A DNA stretch of 64,000 nt from Cetorhinus maximus (GCF_964194155.1 NC_135880.1:216132001-216196000), one strand, 5' to 3'; positions 37,032 through 51,065 are shown, counted from the stretch's first letter. Notes: a model not told the origin generated them from the sequence alone. Numbers and translations: made by a program.

Positions 37032-37238
37032 ATGGACATTGCAGTTCAGACTCCATGGCTACGGCGTTCCCTCATGCCAAACTCTCTCTTCCCCTCCCGC
37101 ATCTATGACCAGCATTTTGGGGAGCATCTTGATCCTGACTTCTTCCCCAACTTCTCATCTATGGTTAGCCCCTTCTACTGGAGAATGCCATCTCCCTTGT
37201 TGAGGATGCCAAGTTGGGCACAATCTGGACTTTCAGAG
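37032..37238 (+). CDS. CRYAB: Alpha-crystallin B chain, exon 1
   Basis: MDIAVQTPWLRR...PSRIYDQHFGEH...SPFY...PSWAQSGLSE|gtatgt; 207 nt. Confidence 0.97.
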
Positions 37239-37568
37239 GTATGTTCTGTGTATGTCTAAAGTTGCTGTGTCTTTTTCCTGTCACTTGACAGAAATATTTG
37301 TTTAACATGCAGCTTAACTATTCAAATAAAACTCTGTGAATGTATTGTCTGTTTTGTAACAATAATGAATGTGCCCAATTTTTCTGTGTGCATATATATG
37401 TCACAGAGAGGAAGATAATAAATATATGTATGTCGATATATTACATATATAATATATATGTGATAAAGAGGAAGACGTGGGGACATTGTCTCAAGGTAAA
37501 GGTGCAGCCATTTTGAACTGAGATAGGGAGAAATTTATTCACTCAGAGGTTTGTGAATCTTTGGAATT

Positions 37569-37885
37569 TGGGGGAGGTGATGGTGATGGAAAATGACGAG
37601 TAATCCAGAGACCCGGGTTCAAATCCTGCCATGGCAGATGGTGGAATTTGAATTCAATAAAAACCTGGAATTAACAAAAATAAATTAAAACGAAATCATT
37701 GCCCGTAAAAACCCATCTGGTTCACTAATGTCCTTTGCGGAAGGACATCTGCCGTCCTTACCTGGTCTGGCCTACATGTGACTCCAGACCCACAGCAATG
37801 TGGTTGACTCTTAAATGCCCTCTGAACAAGGGCAATTAGGGATGGGCAATAAATGTTGGCCCAGTCAGCACATCCCATGAACGAA
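37569..37885 (+). mobile_element. tRNA-derived SINE inserted into a CR1 3' fragment (37470-38105) in CRYAB intron 1
   Basis: B-box ggttcaaatcc; body nearly identical to 18528-18880; CR1 sequence resumes after a short aatttg duplication. Confidence 0.8.
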
Positions 37886-40569
37886 ATTTGAGAGGGCTGT
37901 GGATGCTCAGTCATTGAGCAAATTCAAGGCTGAGGTCGATAGATTTTTGAACTCCAAGGGAATCAAGTGAAATGGGAATCAGAGTGGGGTGGGGTATTGG
38001 AGGGAAGTGGAGTTGAGGGTGAGGCTCACCATGATCTTATTAAGTAGTGGAGGGGGCTGAAGGGGCTGACTGGCCTACCTCTGCTCCAATTTCTTAGGTT
38101 CTTATAATGAATATCTCTTTCTCTCTAGCTAATCAACATAGTTCATTAGTACAGTTAATGGTAAATGACAATTCATTCACAAATTGTTAGTGCAGTTGCT
38201 TCAATGATGCGTAAATTCTAAATTGGAACATCAAGGTCTGTTAGCAATTGCAACTTGAAATAAAGGAATATTAATGGCAACATTGATTTCCCATATAGCC
38301 TCAAGGCATCCCATGAGGACCAAAGGCTCGGATGTCCGGCTTTATTTTATCTGAACGCATTAATGCCTTAGAGACCCAAAATTAATAAAAAGAAAATCTC
38401 TGATTGCTGGGAACCTGAAATAAAACAGGAGAGGCTAGAAATGCACAACAAGAATCGTCAGCACCTGAAAAGAGGAAAGTTAGGTTTTATGTTTCAGTTG
38501 AAACACTTAGTCAGAACGGCTCTGACAAGGGATCGATCCCAAATCAAGACATTGAACTGTTTTTTCCCTTTTTAGTCATTGACAGACATGTATTGTATTT
38601 TTCATCATTTTCTTTCGTATTGCAGAGCCAATATTGTTCAATACAACACTATGGCTGTATCACTTTGAACAGCCCATGGCAACTTGAAAATGGATTGACT
38701 GCACAGTTCCCTTAATGGTTCAGCAAGTTTATCTGCTGTGTCATTATAGATTGGATAGATACATATAATTCTATTGGTATTTCTCATTAATGAATGCAAT
38801 AAGCACAATGAATACATAACTTAATCGTCGAATCTTACAGCAAAGAAGGAGGCCATTCGGCTCATCATACCTTTGAAAGAGTTATCCAATTTATTTTCAT
38901 AGTAATTCAATTTTTTTTTTGCTTTTCAAGCATTTATCCTTCTTTCTTGAAGGTTATACTGTCCGCTTCCACCACCCTTTTAGGCAGTATTTTCCAGATC
39001 ATATCTTGCTGACTAAATATGATTTTCATCTGCTTTTTTTTTTGCCAGTTATCTTAAATCCTTGTCCTCTTCATGGTTTAAAACTCCAGTTAAACGTTCA
39101 TTGTAAGTATATAGTGAAGTAGGTATATAGCAACATTGGCCTTAGTATTAGGGACTAATGGCATAATTGGTTGTAATGCCATCTGTGCACATACTGGACT
39201 AAGGTTTGAAGCCTGCTTCAGCTAATGGGATAAGAATCAGTCTCTTGTTGTGGCCTGATCTTGTGTTAGGTTAGTGAAGCTCAATGATACCAAGACAACT
39301 ATGGGCATCAGCCTGTTCCTTCCATCCTCCAAAAAGAGGATACAAATATTGTCAGAAAATGTTAAGCCCAGATTAATTTTAATTTTAAAGAACAAATTGA
39401 TAATTGGGGTTGACAAAGCAGTCAAAGTCTCATGGTGCTTACTGGACATATACCAAAGGTTGAACTATGGAGATTCTCCCTGATAACCTTGCATACCCTG
39501 GGCCTGTGCACAATGGGCTTTGCCAGAGCCAGAAGCAGAAATTCTCAGTTGCTGTAAGTGTGACTATTACATGTAGGGCATAGGTTTGAACCATGTTGTT
39601 TCATTTCTTATCTAAATGAAACCATTTTATGGAGGCATTAATTTCAAATAAGCATGAGTCGGCAAGCCAAGAATGATTAAATTTGGAAATCGCTGCATCA
39701 GGTATAAAATCTCACTCAAATGAACCATACGTCTAGTGGTCTTATGGTCTTATAAAGATGGCTGTGTTTGAGCAGTGCTGAAATTCTGAATTCATGTTAA
39801 GTTGCATTGTTGGAGCAGGGAAAATCAAGCGTTAAAGTGTGTCTGCTTGACATAAGTTGCAACCGATTGGAAAATGATTTGTTCCACAGCATTGCCATCC
39901 TTTAAGTTGAAAATTAATTTTAAGAAAGTTTTGAAATATGTTTTAAAGCATGACCCTTAGATTATCTGAGCACATCATGTGCAATCCTAGGAATAAGTCT
40001 TCACCTCAGAATGAGTTAACATTTCCCAACAATGTCTGTCTTTGTGCAATGTAATCTCTCTTTTCAGATGACTTTATTTGTCCCTTGCTCTGTGGGTTGA
40101 GTTTACATGCCAGAATGTTGTTTATGAAAAGAATGTTCCAGTAGGATCCATTGGAAGCTACCCAACAAAATACCATGGAACAGATTACAGCTAATAGAAA
40201 TCATAACATTGTGCCCTCAACCATCCAGATATCTAAACTTAGCTAATTTGATTTAATTCAATAAACTTGAAATTCTCTGTGCCATTCTTCAGCCAGCTAC
40301 TAGGAGGTGTGCAGGAGTAACTCATCCTTTAATATTTTTCCTCTTTCTCCCTCCCTGACTCAGAGGAAAGACTTACTCTCTCCAGTAAGAGTGAGCGCCT
40401 CTCCCTCATGATGCACCATAGATCAGATATATTTGACATCTCTGGAATCATTGCTGTGAATCTATGTCACAAGAGAAGCTCAGGATTTTTTAAAAATTGG
40501 GCCATTAAAACTCAGCCCTTTAGTGCATAATGCTAGAGAGTTTCTTCTCATTACCTTGTACTTGAGCTA

Positions 40570-41000
40570 GTAAGTGGCAAGTTAAATTGATGCCACATAA
40601 GTGCTTGGCAATGACCATCTCCAGCAAAAGAGAGTCTATCCACCTCCACTTGTCATTCAATGACATTACTATCGCTGAATCTTCCACCACCAACAATGCC
40701 ATCGATTAGAAGCTCACCCGGACTAGCCATATAACCACCAGCCGTGGTTACTTGAGCAGGCCAGCGACTGACCTCCCAACTCCCCAAAGCCTCGCCACCA
40801 CGTACAAGGCACAAGCCAAGTGTCATCTGGACTATTCACTTCATGTCTGGATCATCCAGGAAAAAGCAGTTTGCTTGATTGGCACCCCATCCACCACCTT
40901 AAACCTTAACTCCCCCCAACACTGGCGGCCTGTGCCTGCAGTTTTTACGACCTATCGGATGAACTCTAGCAACTCACCAACCCTGCTTAGACAGCTCCTC
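40570..41000 (+). mobile_element. Decayed LINE fragment of the 4171-5900 family
   Basis: gccacataagtg...gcaatgaccatctccagc and atccagg...aaagcagtttgcttgattggcaccccatccaccaccttaaac blocks match 5170-5560. Confidence 0.7.
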
Positions 41001-41261
41001 TTATGTCAGAAAAACTATGACTAGTGAAAAAATGTGTAACTTTGTTATCACGGCACATAATTGTATTTTGAATAACCCCAATGTTTTTGTCTCCTTTAAG
41101 CTGGTTGATGATTATTCCAAATGTTTATCACACTTTAATAAAAATCTTTATCCTACTATTTAATTCAAATTTACCTTTCAATCATCTGCACTTATACCCT
41201 ACCTTTATATTGAGTTTTCCTGTAACATGGTTCAGTCTCTTAGTTATCCCCTGTTAATTTT

Positions 41262-41600
41262 TTTTCATTCTTGGGTTATGGGTGCCATTGATTTCCCATC
41301 CCTAGTTTCCCTTGAGAAAATGGTGAGCCTTCTTTTTGAACCACTGCAGTCTGTATGGTGAAGTCACTCCCACTGTGCTGTTAGGTTAGGAATTCCAGGA
41401 TTTCAAGCTGGTGACGTTAACAGAATGTCCAAATCAGGCTGGTGTGTGACTTGGAGGGGAACTTGGAGGGGATAGTTATCCCATGTGCCTGCTTCCCTTG
41501 TCCTTGTAACTGTTGGAAGTCTTAGCTTTGGGAGATGCGGCTGAAAAAGCCTTGGCGAGTTGCTGCAGTGCATCCTTTAGATAGCACATGCTGATGGTGG
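41262..41600 (-). mobile_element. LINE 3' fragment of the 4171-5900 family
   Basis: Reverse complement of the shared tail (cccatccctagtttcccttgagaa...gaaccactgcagt). Confidence 0.7.
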
Positions 41601-42389
41601 AAGGCTTGGACATTTACTTTAATCTATGGAGTATATTCTACAAGTTTACACTCCCTGTGCATTGCTTTACACATTAAGACTGCATATCAGCAATTCTGGC
41701 ATAGAGATCAGCAACACTAGGTGATTTTCTTCCAAGCCTGAATGCCTGTTATGCGCTTGTGTTGCAACAAATTCTACACTGGGAATGCTAACTTGAAACT
41801 AGAATCTTTAGGTTCAACAGTTTCATATCATTAGACAGTCTCGTTTTGCCTGATGGGGAAGAATTTTTAAAAATGCTCTAACTCTCACCAGGAAGTAAAT
41901 TTAAGAAAAAAGCCATGTCTAATTATTTGTCTTTGAAAAGATCAATGCAACATTTGTGCTTGCAAGCTTATGTTGCTGTGGGTTTTATTAGACATGGAAC
42001 ATTCACAAAAGATTGTTAAAGTGTTTTGATAGTCTTAGTCCAAGTTTACTGGGAAATAGCTGTATTTATGTTGTTAATTACAGGTTGTATTATGTGACGA
42101 GTTACAAAGGACAATATAATCTTCTCATCCAGCCACAGTGGTTGAGACTTAAAGCTAATGAATAATTGACCAGATTATCACCCTGACCTAGCACATTTTG
42201 GCCCGCAACTGATCATGAACTGTACAATATTCTGAACGAGATACCAATGCCATTAGAGTTGAGCTATAGAAATTCATGATCCCAGTTCTGGTTAGTCATT
42301 TTATCACCTTCCGAATACTGATGACTAGAAAACAGCTTTGGAATTTGTCATTCATTCTTTCCTAAGTATACTCTCTCTATCTCTTGCAG

Positions 42390-42512
42390 TTGAGACTGGA
42401 CAAGGATAAATTTACAATTCACCTTGATGTTAAACATTTCACTCCTGAAGAACTCCGAGTCAAAATTCTGGGTGACTTTGTTGAAATCCAAGCTCAGCAT
42501 GAAGAACGCCAG
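42390..42512 (+). CDS. CRYAB: Alpha-crystallin B chain, exon 2
   Basis: ttgcag|[41 protein letters not shown]|gtacat; 123 nt. Confidence 0.97.
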
Positions 42513-44546
42513 GTACATCTTGTAATTTTTTCCTACGTTTCCTCCACCTTAGACTTGCCCTGTGTTTGCAGTCACTTTTGTCAGGTGAGAGAGTTTAATG
42601 GAGTACTGGTGGTCCGGTGTAAATTATAGGAGTCACACTTTGGGTGAGAGCCAGTTAAATGAACATGCCTGTTCCTTCACAAGGTGCTAATTTGACTAGA
42701 AGCTGAAACTGCATTTGGCTGATGATTAAAGATCTCATTCCTTATTTGAAACTAAGCTATAACCAGACTTCAAAATCATCTGAAGGGACACAAATCAAAT
42801 TAGGCTCATACAATTTTGTACAAAAGCAGAGGATTTGCAATTCCTTGGAATACAATTTTTTATTGATGGAATGATTCCAACCAACTTACCAACTTGCTGC
42901 TCAAAGCTGTATTGGCGCTGGGTCGGTAATCACTGGAGCAATGCCAGGTGCTTTAACAATACTTTTAAATGTTCTTATTCATTTATAAAACATTTCTCAA
43001 TTTGTCCAACCATCATGAAAAACTTTGAATTATGTTAGCATTGGTGTTGAACAAACCACTTTTTCTTTTAGGTAACTATGACGCCTGCTAAAAAAATCTC
43101 TGTAATAAAGTTAGTTGGCTCCCTGTAACAAGTCAGCAGATACCCCAATGGAGGCCAGTCTAAATTGAGGACTGGAATGTTTTCCCTCCACTGAGACGTA
43201 GCAATACGGCACTCCTTTATGCTGAACTAAGCCATCACATGCCCTGGCTGTGCAAAATTAAATATAGAATCATTCCTGGAACTCAGCTACAAGACTGTAA
43301 TATGGTCAAGGACCATGGATAACATCAAAAATCGTGACAGTAAATAATGAACCTTTTGTTAGTATCTGACATTTCGTGATTGAATTTCACCCAGGCGATC
43401 ATTGTGCAAGCCTGGGCCATTGTAATGATTATTGGCAAGTTATTTGGCTGCTATGGGCATCACAGCTGCATCTAATCCTGTCTTCACTACTGGCCACTGT
43501 TGTACACTTCCAATGGGGATTATTGGCTAGAGATCAGGAGTAGGAACCCTGCCAATTTTTCCATCCCGAACAAAAGGGCGCTGAGGGAAATTGTGGCAAT
43601 GCTATCGCTGAGATCAACTAAATCAGTGCAAATGGAGCATTAAAGCAGTGATCTTTTTGGCCTGTGGGAACTTGCATTTATATAGCACCTTTCATGTCTT
43701 CAGGACTTCCCTTGGCGCTTTATAGCCAATTAATTACTTTTGAAGTGTAGTTACCATTCTTGTGTCAGTAAGAGTTGCTGATCCAGTGCTGTATATACTG
43801 AATTTTTTTAATAAATAATTGTCTTTTTTTGGCAAGGTCTGCTTCGTGCACTTAAGAGTCTCAACATTCAAGCAGGTTCCATTAAAACCAAAGCTTTTTA
43901 GAGTTGAATATGACATTTGGCCTAGACATTTATGCAGTATGGGAGAGGTATTCTATGATGTTGCAAGACTTATTTTCTCTTTCTGCCCACAGTCATTTAC
44001 CAGTTCATATGCTCTGACAATGTATTTATACAGATTTGGGTTCTTGGAAATGTTGCAAAAAAATATTTATCCCTTGAAAAGGTGTCACTCTTTTTCTGAA
44101 TTTTTCTCAGCTCTGAATTGCAAGCCCAAAATTCCAGTACAAACACCACCCAGGATACTTAGTATTTAAGATGGCTGCAAAAATAGTCCATGATAAATTC
44201 ATGTAATAATAATGATTATTTCTAGACAATTACAAACATTCTGTGCTAAATTCCTACACTCCCACTAAGGAGTTTCACTTAAAGGGAGCACAGGGCAACT
44301 TTAATTTGTCTGTTTTGTGGCCCCCATTTTACACATTGGAGCATCAAGAAACTTTCAGAACGACACCAACGATAAATGTGAAATCCAATTTGAGAGACTT
44401 GGATCATCCAGAATTTTTCCTTACAGTTTATTTGACTTTTTAAAAAATGGTCAAGAGGAAATAGAATTCTTTTTTCAGAAAATCCTTAGAAGAGTTGATT
44501 GCCCGTCACTTTTAATACTCACTTGATCAAATCTTTTATTCTGCAG

Positions 44547-44750
44547 GATGAACATGGTTACGTTTCTAGAGAATTTCACCGGAAGTACAAGGTCCCAGCA
44601 GGAGTTGATCCAACTCTGATCACCTGCTCCCTATCAGCAGATGGAGTGCTTACAATCTCTGGCCCCAGGAAGGTGGCTGATGTTCCTGAGCGATCTGTGC
44701 CCATCTCCCGAGAGGAAAAACCTGTAGGCGCTGGACCTCAGCAGAAGTAG
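44547..44750 (+). CDS. CRYAB: Alpha-crystallin B chain, exon 3
   Basis: ctgcag|[22 protein letters not shown]...[20 protein letters not shown]; total 177 aa. Confidence 0.97.
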   Translation, partial: DEHGYVSREFHRKYKVPAGVDPTLITCSLSADGVLTISGPRKVADVPERSVPISREEKPVGAGPQQK

Positions 44751-44871
44751 ATCTTTTCTGTTCAGTTCAGTGCAAAATGACTTCAAGCCATTCAAGTATT
44801 GCCTTTCGCTTTAAGTGTAACATTTTTGTATTGCTATATAATCACACATTCCTTAAAATCTGTTAGCCTGC

Positions 44872-44919
44872 AATAAACATTTATCTTTACTGCCTTAGTG
44901 AAACTTCAGTTTAAATAAA
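44872..44919 (+). promoter_or_regulatory. CRYAB polyadenylation signals (two AATAAA)
   Basis: AATAAA at 44872-44877 and 44914-44919, followed by a U/GU-rich tract. Confidence 0.7.
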
Positions 44920-46849
44920 GTCAACTATATGAATAACCCATTGGATAGTTCCTGTTTTTCTGCTTTGGTCTTTGTCTTTACTGGTTTGTAAAATAGTAAA
45001 TAATACAATGCCCAAAATTAAATGTTATAAATTTACTGCAATAATATACATTGTTCATCAAACAGAGCAAAGGCTTTTTATTTGAGACCATCTCACAGCA
45101 TCGCTGTAATCATTCGTCAGTGTTCTGTCAATGGTTATAATATATATCCTAACAAATGAATTACATGGGTGCATTTAGTCAGTACAAGATGTAGCTATTA
45201 AAAGGAATACATGAGCTAGACCAATGAAAAAAGCTTCAGGTAATAAAAGAAAAATACCGTCAATGCCAGAAATCTGAAAGCATCAGACTCTTGTATAACA
45301 TCTTTTGTTTTGCTTAATGACTTTCTTTTCTAAGTTATTTTTGGAGCTGGCCATTTTGCAAATCATAGCTAGATATGTGAATGTTCTAGTCCATAACATC
45401 AAATTTCATAGAGAATTCAGAAGCCAAGGTACAGTTGTCTGAAAAGTGAGATAGTGTTCTGACTGTGTGATAGTGAGATAGGAGGCATGTACTTAAATCT
45501 GATTGTAATGACTATTTGGTGTATCACACAAGGCTTTTGAATGTTGGTGAAGAGACCATCGGATATGTAGACCAATAGTCATGTATAGTCAGAGATGGAA
45601 AATGAGAATTAATTGCTAAAGTTAAAGGGGAAAAAACTAATGGTGTTTTAAAAAAAAAGCTAGTCTGTGTTTTCAGAAATAAGAACATGCAAGAGCTTCA
45701 GCCTTGTTCACCCACCTTATCCCTTTTCAGATGATAACCACTTACAGCATTTTCTGTTCTTATTTCAGATTTCTAGCATTCAGTTTTAACTACTGTTAAG
45801 ATAAATCACTATATCTTACAACTGATGTCAGCTCAAATTTTACTGTCTTATTTGTGTAGTTCCATACATGTCCTGTCCTGGAGAGAGTCCTGGACTCTCT
45901 CCCCTGTCCCGGCCAGTAGGCCAGTCACAGAATGGTTGTGAACCTGCTCATTGCCTTAGGCAACATAGGAAATAGAAGCAAGGGTAGGCTATTCGACCCC
46001 TCGAGCCTGCCCTCCCAGTTGAAGGAGAATGTATGATGAAGAAACATTTAAAAATTCAGATGCAATGTTATAAAGCATTTCAGAACAATGTTGTTCAATA
46101 GCTTGTCACACCTCTCATCACAGCCATAGCAAAAACGTACAAGTCAATCTTAATGGTTTATTGGGCTAACATTGACAAAATAACGTGCCAGAAAAATTTC
46201 ACTCACAACCTCCAGTTACAGTTTACAGTCACTGTAAAAATATATACATCGTTTTCACCAATAAATTACAACTTGAAGTTTTGAAAAAGGGAGATCTAGT
46301 CCAAAACAAGTATATTTATCTGGTGTGCTGCATAGCATCCTCAACAAAACTCAGGAAAATTGCCGGCTTTTGATTATTTCAACATAAGAACTTTAGTTAA
46401 AAAAGCAATCATTCAATAATGAAAGTGACCAAATGTCCAAGCAGGTAATAATGGTAAAGCTATGTTTTATGCAGTTTTTACATATGATTATGAATCTGTT
46501 TACCACATTCCTGCAGGGTCATAAGTGGTAGAAATGCAAGTATCTTTGAAGCATGGAATTTATGAAGTAGCCCATTCCTGTTGCAGATTATTTAATATAC
46601 TGCTACAGCTCATGGGTTCAATAGTCTGACACCTCTTAGTGGATCATATTGCACATTTCATCACTCCACATTTTGATATACAGTCATTACTTATATCTGG
46701 AAGCTGGCCATGGCCTGAGTCACAGATTGTTTACATATTAAATAAATCTCATAACTCAGGCTATCAGGTATATAATTCCCTATTTATTAATGAGCCATTT
46801 CAGTCCACTCTTTAAAAAAAAAACATTTCTTTTTCTTCTTTTGCAAATT

Positions 46850-47343
46850 TCATAATTTTGGGTCTTCACTGTGAGTGTTCTTCACTGCAGACAGCTCCAC
46901 CCTGCAGGGAATGGAGGGCGCACAACAAGAGGCCAAGCTTGGTCCTGAAGGAGCTATTGTAGACTTGCAAGGTTCACAAAACCTAGCTGTGCACAGTCCT
47001 AAAGGAAGTTTTGTAGGAAGGTGATATCCACAAAATCCTGGAACTTCCAACTCCTTGCTTTTCATTGCATCTGAATCTGTCAGTGAGCTAGGATTTAGAG
47101 GGATGTAGGAGCCACATAACTGATACTTCTCTGCAGTCTCGTTGGTACCTAATGGAGCAGGGGGTCCACAATATTCTAACTGCTTGTTCTCCACTGTGTT
47201 CGAGTCAATGCTGGAGGGAGGATTCATCAGAATTGTAGGATCCACATAGTCCAACATGTAAGAGCTCTTTGGGAATGTTTTGGTATGAGGAGGGTCCAAT
47301 TCTGGTTGGTGCGTAGGATAAGCATGGGGCTTTGTTTCAAATG
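46850..47343 (-). CDS. CFAP68: CFAP68/C11orf1 homolog, last exon with long C-terminal extension
   Basis: ttcctccag|PFETKPHAYPTHQPELDPPHTKTFPKSSYMLDY matches recalled human RFKREPHWFPGHQPELDPPRYKCTEKSTYMNSY; minus-strand AATAAA at 46783-46788. Confidence 0.88.
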
Positions 47344-48240
47344 CTGGAGGAAAGAATCATTTTGTACATAGTGATGTTCAAAGTTTCTTTTTTGTTAACC
47401 TATTTTTATTATATATTTCTCAGTAAAGAAAGGAACAGCATAGCAATGTGTAATCGCATACATGCAGATAAATGTATTGCTTACAATACCTCACATATAA
47501 CTTCTAAGCCATATAATTCGGGCCTCTCCAAAGATTTAAACTCAGTGCCTCGCATAGCTGAAAAAATGGAAATGGGGAGGGGGAATTGGATTGGAGAAGC
47601 CCATTTGAAGAGCTACTCCACTGAGGTTCACCTTCTGCTCTCTAAGAACAACATAGCCACATGTTATAGTTGGCATCATTTCCAGGCAATATAATATTTG
47701 AACATATTACTAAAGCATCTTATACTTTAGCAATGATTTTAATCTGTTAAAGAGAAGGTTTAGTGATGAATGTTCAATGCATGAGGCATTCTAGGTACTC
47801 CCATCGTCTCTAAATGCCACTAACTTCTCTTAGCCCACAGTGTCAATTTCATGTCCTCGTTTTCGAATCTCTCCCTGGCCCTTCCCCAATTTAGTTTAAT
47901 TATGCTTTATATTCCTGCACACAGCCTCAGCTCTTCGAATACCAGAATTCTCCTTTCCATTTGCATTCTCCTTTTCATCATCAGTTGGCACTCACTCAAT
48001 CAATGCCCTCCTGTCCCAAGGAATCCCACGGTTTCATATAGGCTGACACTCATTTATTAGATCAAATTTAATTGTGAGAGTTTGTAGAGACCTGATAAGC
48101 ATTGCAAATTCAAAATACAATGATCTTGTAATTAGCATCAGTAAATCCGATCTCTTCAATCGTGATAAGAGGCACCTGCTTGGTTGACTATTATTTGGTT
48201 ACATTTTGAAGTGTACGATCAATTGTCTATTATCACTTAC

Positions 48241-48304
48241 GCGCTTGCCGTTTCTCTTCCTTGTTATAGGAATCCCCATATATCGTACGATAGACATATT
48301 CATA
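48241..48304 (-). CDS. CFAP68: CFAP68/C11orf1 homolog, middle exon (not in the ORF track)
   Basis: ttgcag|YEYVYRTIYGDSYNKEEKRQA+C|gtaagt; 64 nt; resembles human FGHYFETTYDTSYN; phases join both neighbours. Confidence 0.88.
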
Positions 48305-48474
48305 CTGCAAGTAAAACCAGCTCAATATATAAATAATTTCTGTGTTTATCTAATACGTTATACTCTTGAGAATTCCAGCATTTTCGTGCAATTTAATTAT
48401 CTAATCAATTAAATTAGGCACCGTGAAATAGTACAAAAAAGTGAAAAGTTAGTTTCAAAATATTAACAGGGTTT

Positions 48475-49552
48475 TTTTATTCATTCATAGGATGTGGGCA
48501 TTGCTGGCTAGGCCACTATTTATTGCCCATCCCTAATTTCCCTTGAGAAGGTGGTAGTGAGCTGCCTTCTTGAACCGTTGTAGCCCATGTGGTGTAGGTA
48601 CACCCACAGTGCTAATAGGAAGAGTTGCAGGATTTTGTCCCAGCAACAGTAAAGGAATGACAATATAGTTCCAAATCAAGATAGGATGTGAACCAGAGGG
48701 GGTCCTGCTGGTGGTGGTGGTCCCACTTAGCTGCCACCTTTGTCCTTCTAGGTAGTAGAGGCCATGGGTTTTGAAGGTGTTGTCGAAAGAGCTTTGGTTA
48801 GTTGCTGCAGTGCATCATGTAGATGGTACCCACTGCTGCCGCTGTGCATCGGTGGTGGAGGGAGTGAATGTTAAAGATGGTGGATCAAGTGGGCTGCTTT
48901 GTCCTGGGTGGTGTAAAGCTTCTTGAGTGTTGCTGGAGCTGCACTGATCCAGGCAAGTGGAGAGTATTCCATCACAGTCCGAGCATGTGCCTTGTGGATA
49001 GGCTTTGGGGAGTCAGGAGGTGAGTTACTCTCTGCAGAATTCCCAGCCTCTGACCTGCTCTTGTAGCCACAATATTTATATCACCGAATCACAGAATCAC
49101 ACAGTGCAGAAGAGGCCCTTCGGCCCATCGAGTCTGCACCGACACTTGAGAAACACCTGATCCCATTTACCAGCACTTGGCCCATAGCCTTGAATGTTAT
49201 GACGTGCCAAGTGCTCATCCAGGTGCTTTTTAAAGGATGTGAGGCAACCCGCCTCCACCACCCTCCCAGGCAGTGCATTCCAGACCGTCACCACCCTCTG
49301 GGTAAAAAAGTTTTTCCTCACATCCCCCCTAAACCTCCTGCCCCTCACCTTGAACTTGTGTCTCCTCATGACTGACCCTTCAGCTAAGGTTCAGTGGCTG
49401 GTTCAGTTCAGTTTCTGGTCAATAGTAACCCCCAGGATGTTGATACTGGGGGGGGTTCAGTGATGGTAATGCCATTGAATGTCAAGAGGTGGTTAAATTC
49501 TCTCTTGTTGGAGATGGCCATTGCCTGGCACTTGTGTGGCACGAATGTTACT
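48475..49552 (-). mobile_element. LINE 3' part (4171-5900 family) interrupted by a 0.3-kb CR1 3' end at 49086-49389
   Basis: Reverse complement of the shared tail at 48475-48600; CR1 tail gaatcacagaatcac at 49086; host LINE resumes at tggctggttcag. Confidence 0.88.
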
Positions 49553-50127
49553 GATATGAGCTAAGCAACTTTTATTTGGGAGGAATATTTTGTACAGGAA
49601 TTGGATCTGATTTCCAAATAGTGAATTGAATTTAAATCTCCCAAACTAATCACATATGTATTTTCAGTGTCCCTAAAATTTTTAACACGGGCCTGGATTT
49701 TGCAATCTGTGACAAAGCTTCAATGCTCACCGCCAACCTCTAAGAAAGCTGTCCACAAAGTTCTAGCAATTTCTGTGGCACGGACCTCCTCTTTCCCATG
49801 TCAGTTTAAATCAAGGGGATCTCCAGGCAACTAGCAGCAATGATGAAAGCAAGCAGGCAAGCAGCCAATCACATTGAAGTATTCTCACAGACACCAAACC
49901 AGAAAATTAAAAGCATCTTATCCTTCACTTTGATTTTAAAAAAACCTCAGACAACAAAGTAAATGATGATGATTGGAAAAAGATATGAACTAAAATAAAG
50001 AAAGCAAACTTTAAAAGAAAGCTATTTTGAAAAAATATTTGAAGTCTGTATCATAATGGAGAAATTTGACATTCCGCAAATATAAAATTGCTTTTCAGGA
50101 CCAGTGGGATTGTTTAGCACTAATTAT

Positions 50128-51065
50128 TGTCACGACTCACTGGGGATAGTGCACTGTAATATCAAGCCCCATTGTTCCCCAAGCTGCAACAAATGTGAAA
50201 AAAGTTTGATCAAACCACCAGATTGCCCCAATTCTACCTAACTGTTTAATTTCGGTTAACAGAATATGAGCACCAGGTTTGTAAACTTAATAAATAAATA
50301 ACTGTTTATTGAACAAACTGTCAATAACCAGTGGCAAAAGAAATAAATATCAACTGCCAGTTTTTAACTCTATAACCTAAATTCTACCCCATTCTTAAAT
50401 CCCTCTATACACACAAACAAGACACATACGGCATAAAAAACATGGATTTTAAGGGTGGGATAAAACAGTTTAATAGCACCAATTCTGGAGTACCGGGTTC
50501 GATGGGTTGATTTTGATCGATGTCTTCCAAATTCCTTTCAGTTCTTGTTGATGACACAAAGTGGTCTTCCAACACTTTCAGTATTTAGTTCACTGGCTCA
50601 GCACTTGCCTTTCAATGTCTGTAACAGTGATTTTCCCCTTTGCCTCTTGATAGGGGTTTTCAGGGAGAGACCAGCTTATAGAGATATGAGAAGAAAAAGC
50701 CAGCTAGCTATTATTGTGGAACTACTGGGACCCACATAGGAGAGAGAGGTTTTGGGTTTTTTTCTTTTCAGGCTAGGAGCTATTCAGCTGCACTGCCCTC
50801 ACAAAAAACCTGGTCATCTGGTCAGGAGCCAATTAAGACATTCTGCCAGGCAGCCCCCTTAGTCCAGGACTCCTTTCCGGCACCATCCTGTCTTTCATGG
50901 CACACTCTGTTCTAGGACCGCAACATTGTATATATCTCTCATCTTGTTCCAGTGGACATGTCTTTCAACCTGCAGCCATTGTAATTTTAATCCCCAGTCC
51001 AACAGAAAATAAAAAGATATGTTCTTTACAACAGTCCAACAGAAATAAAAAATATGTTTCTTACA
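50128..51065 (-). mobile_element. Solo LTR (938 bp)
   Basis: TGT...ACA termini; 4-bp TSD ttat (50124-50127, 51066-51069); minus-strand AATAAA near 50305. Confidence 0.8.
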
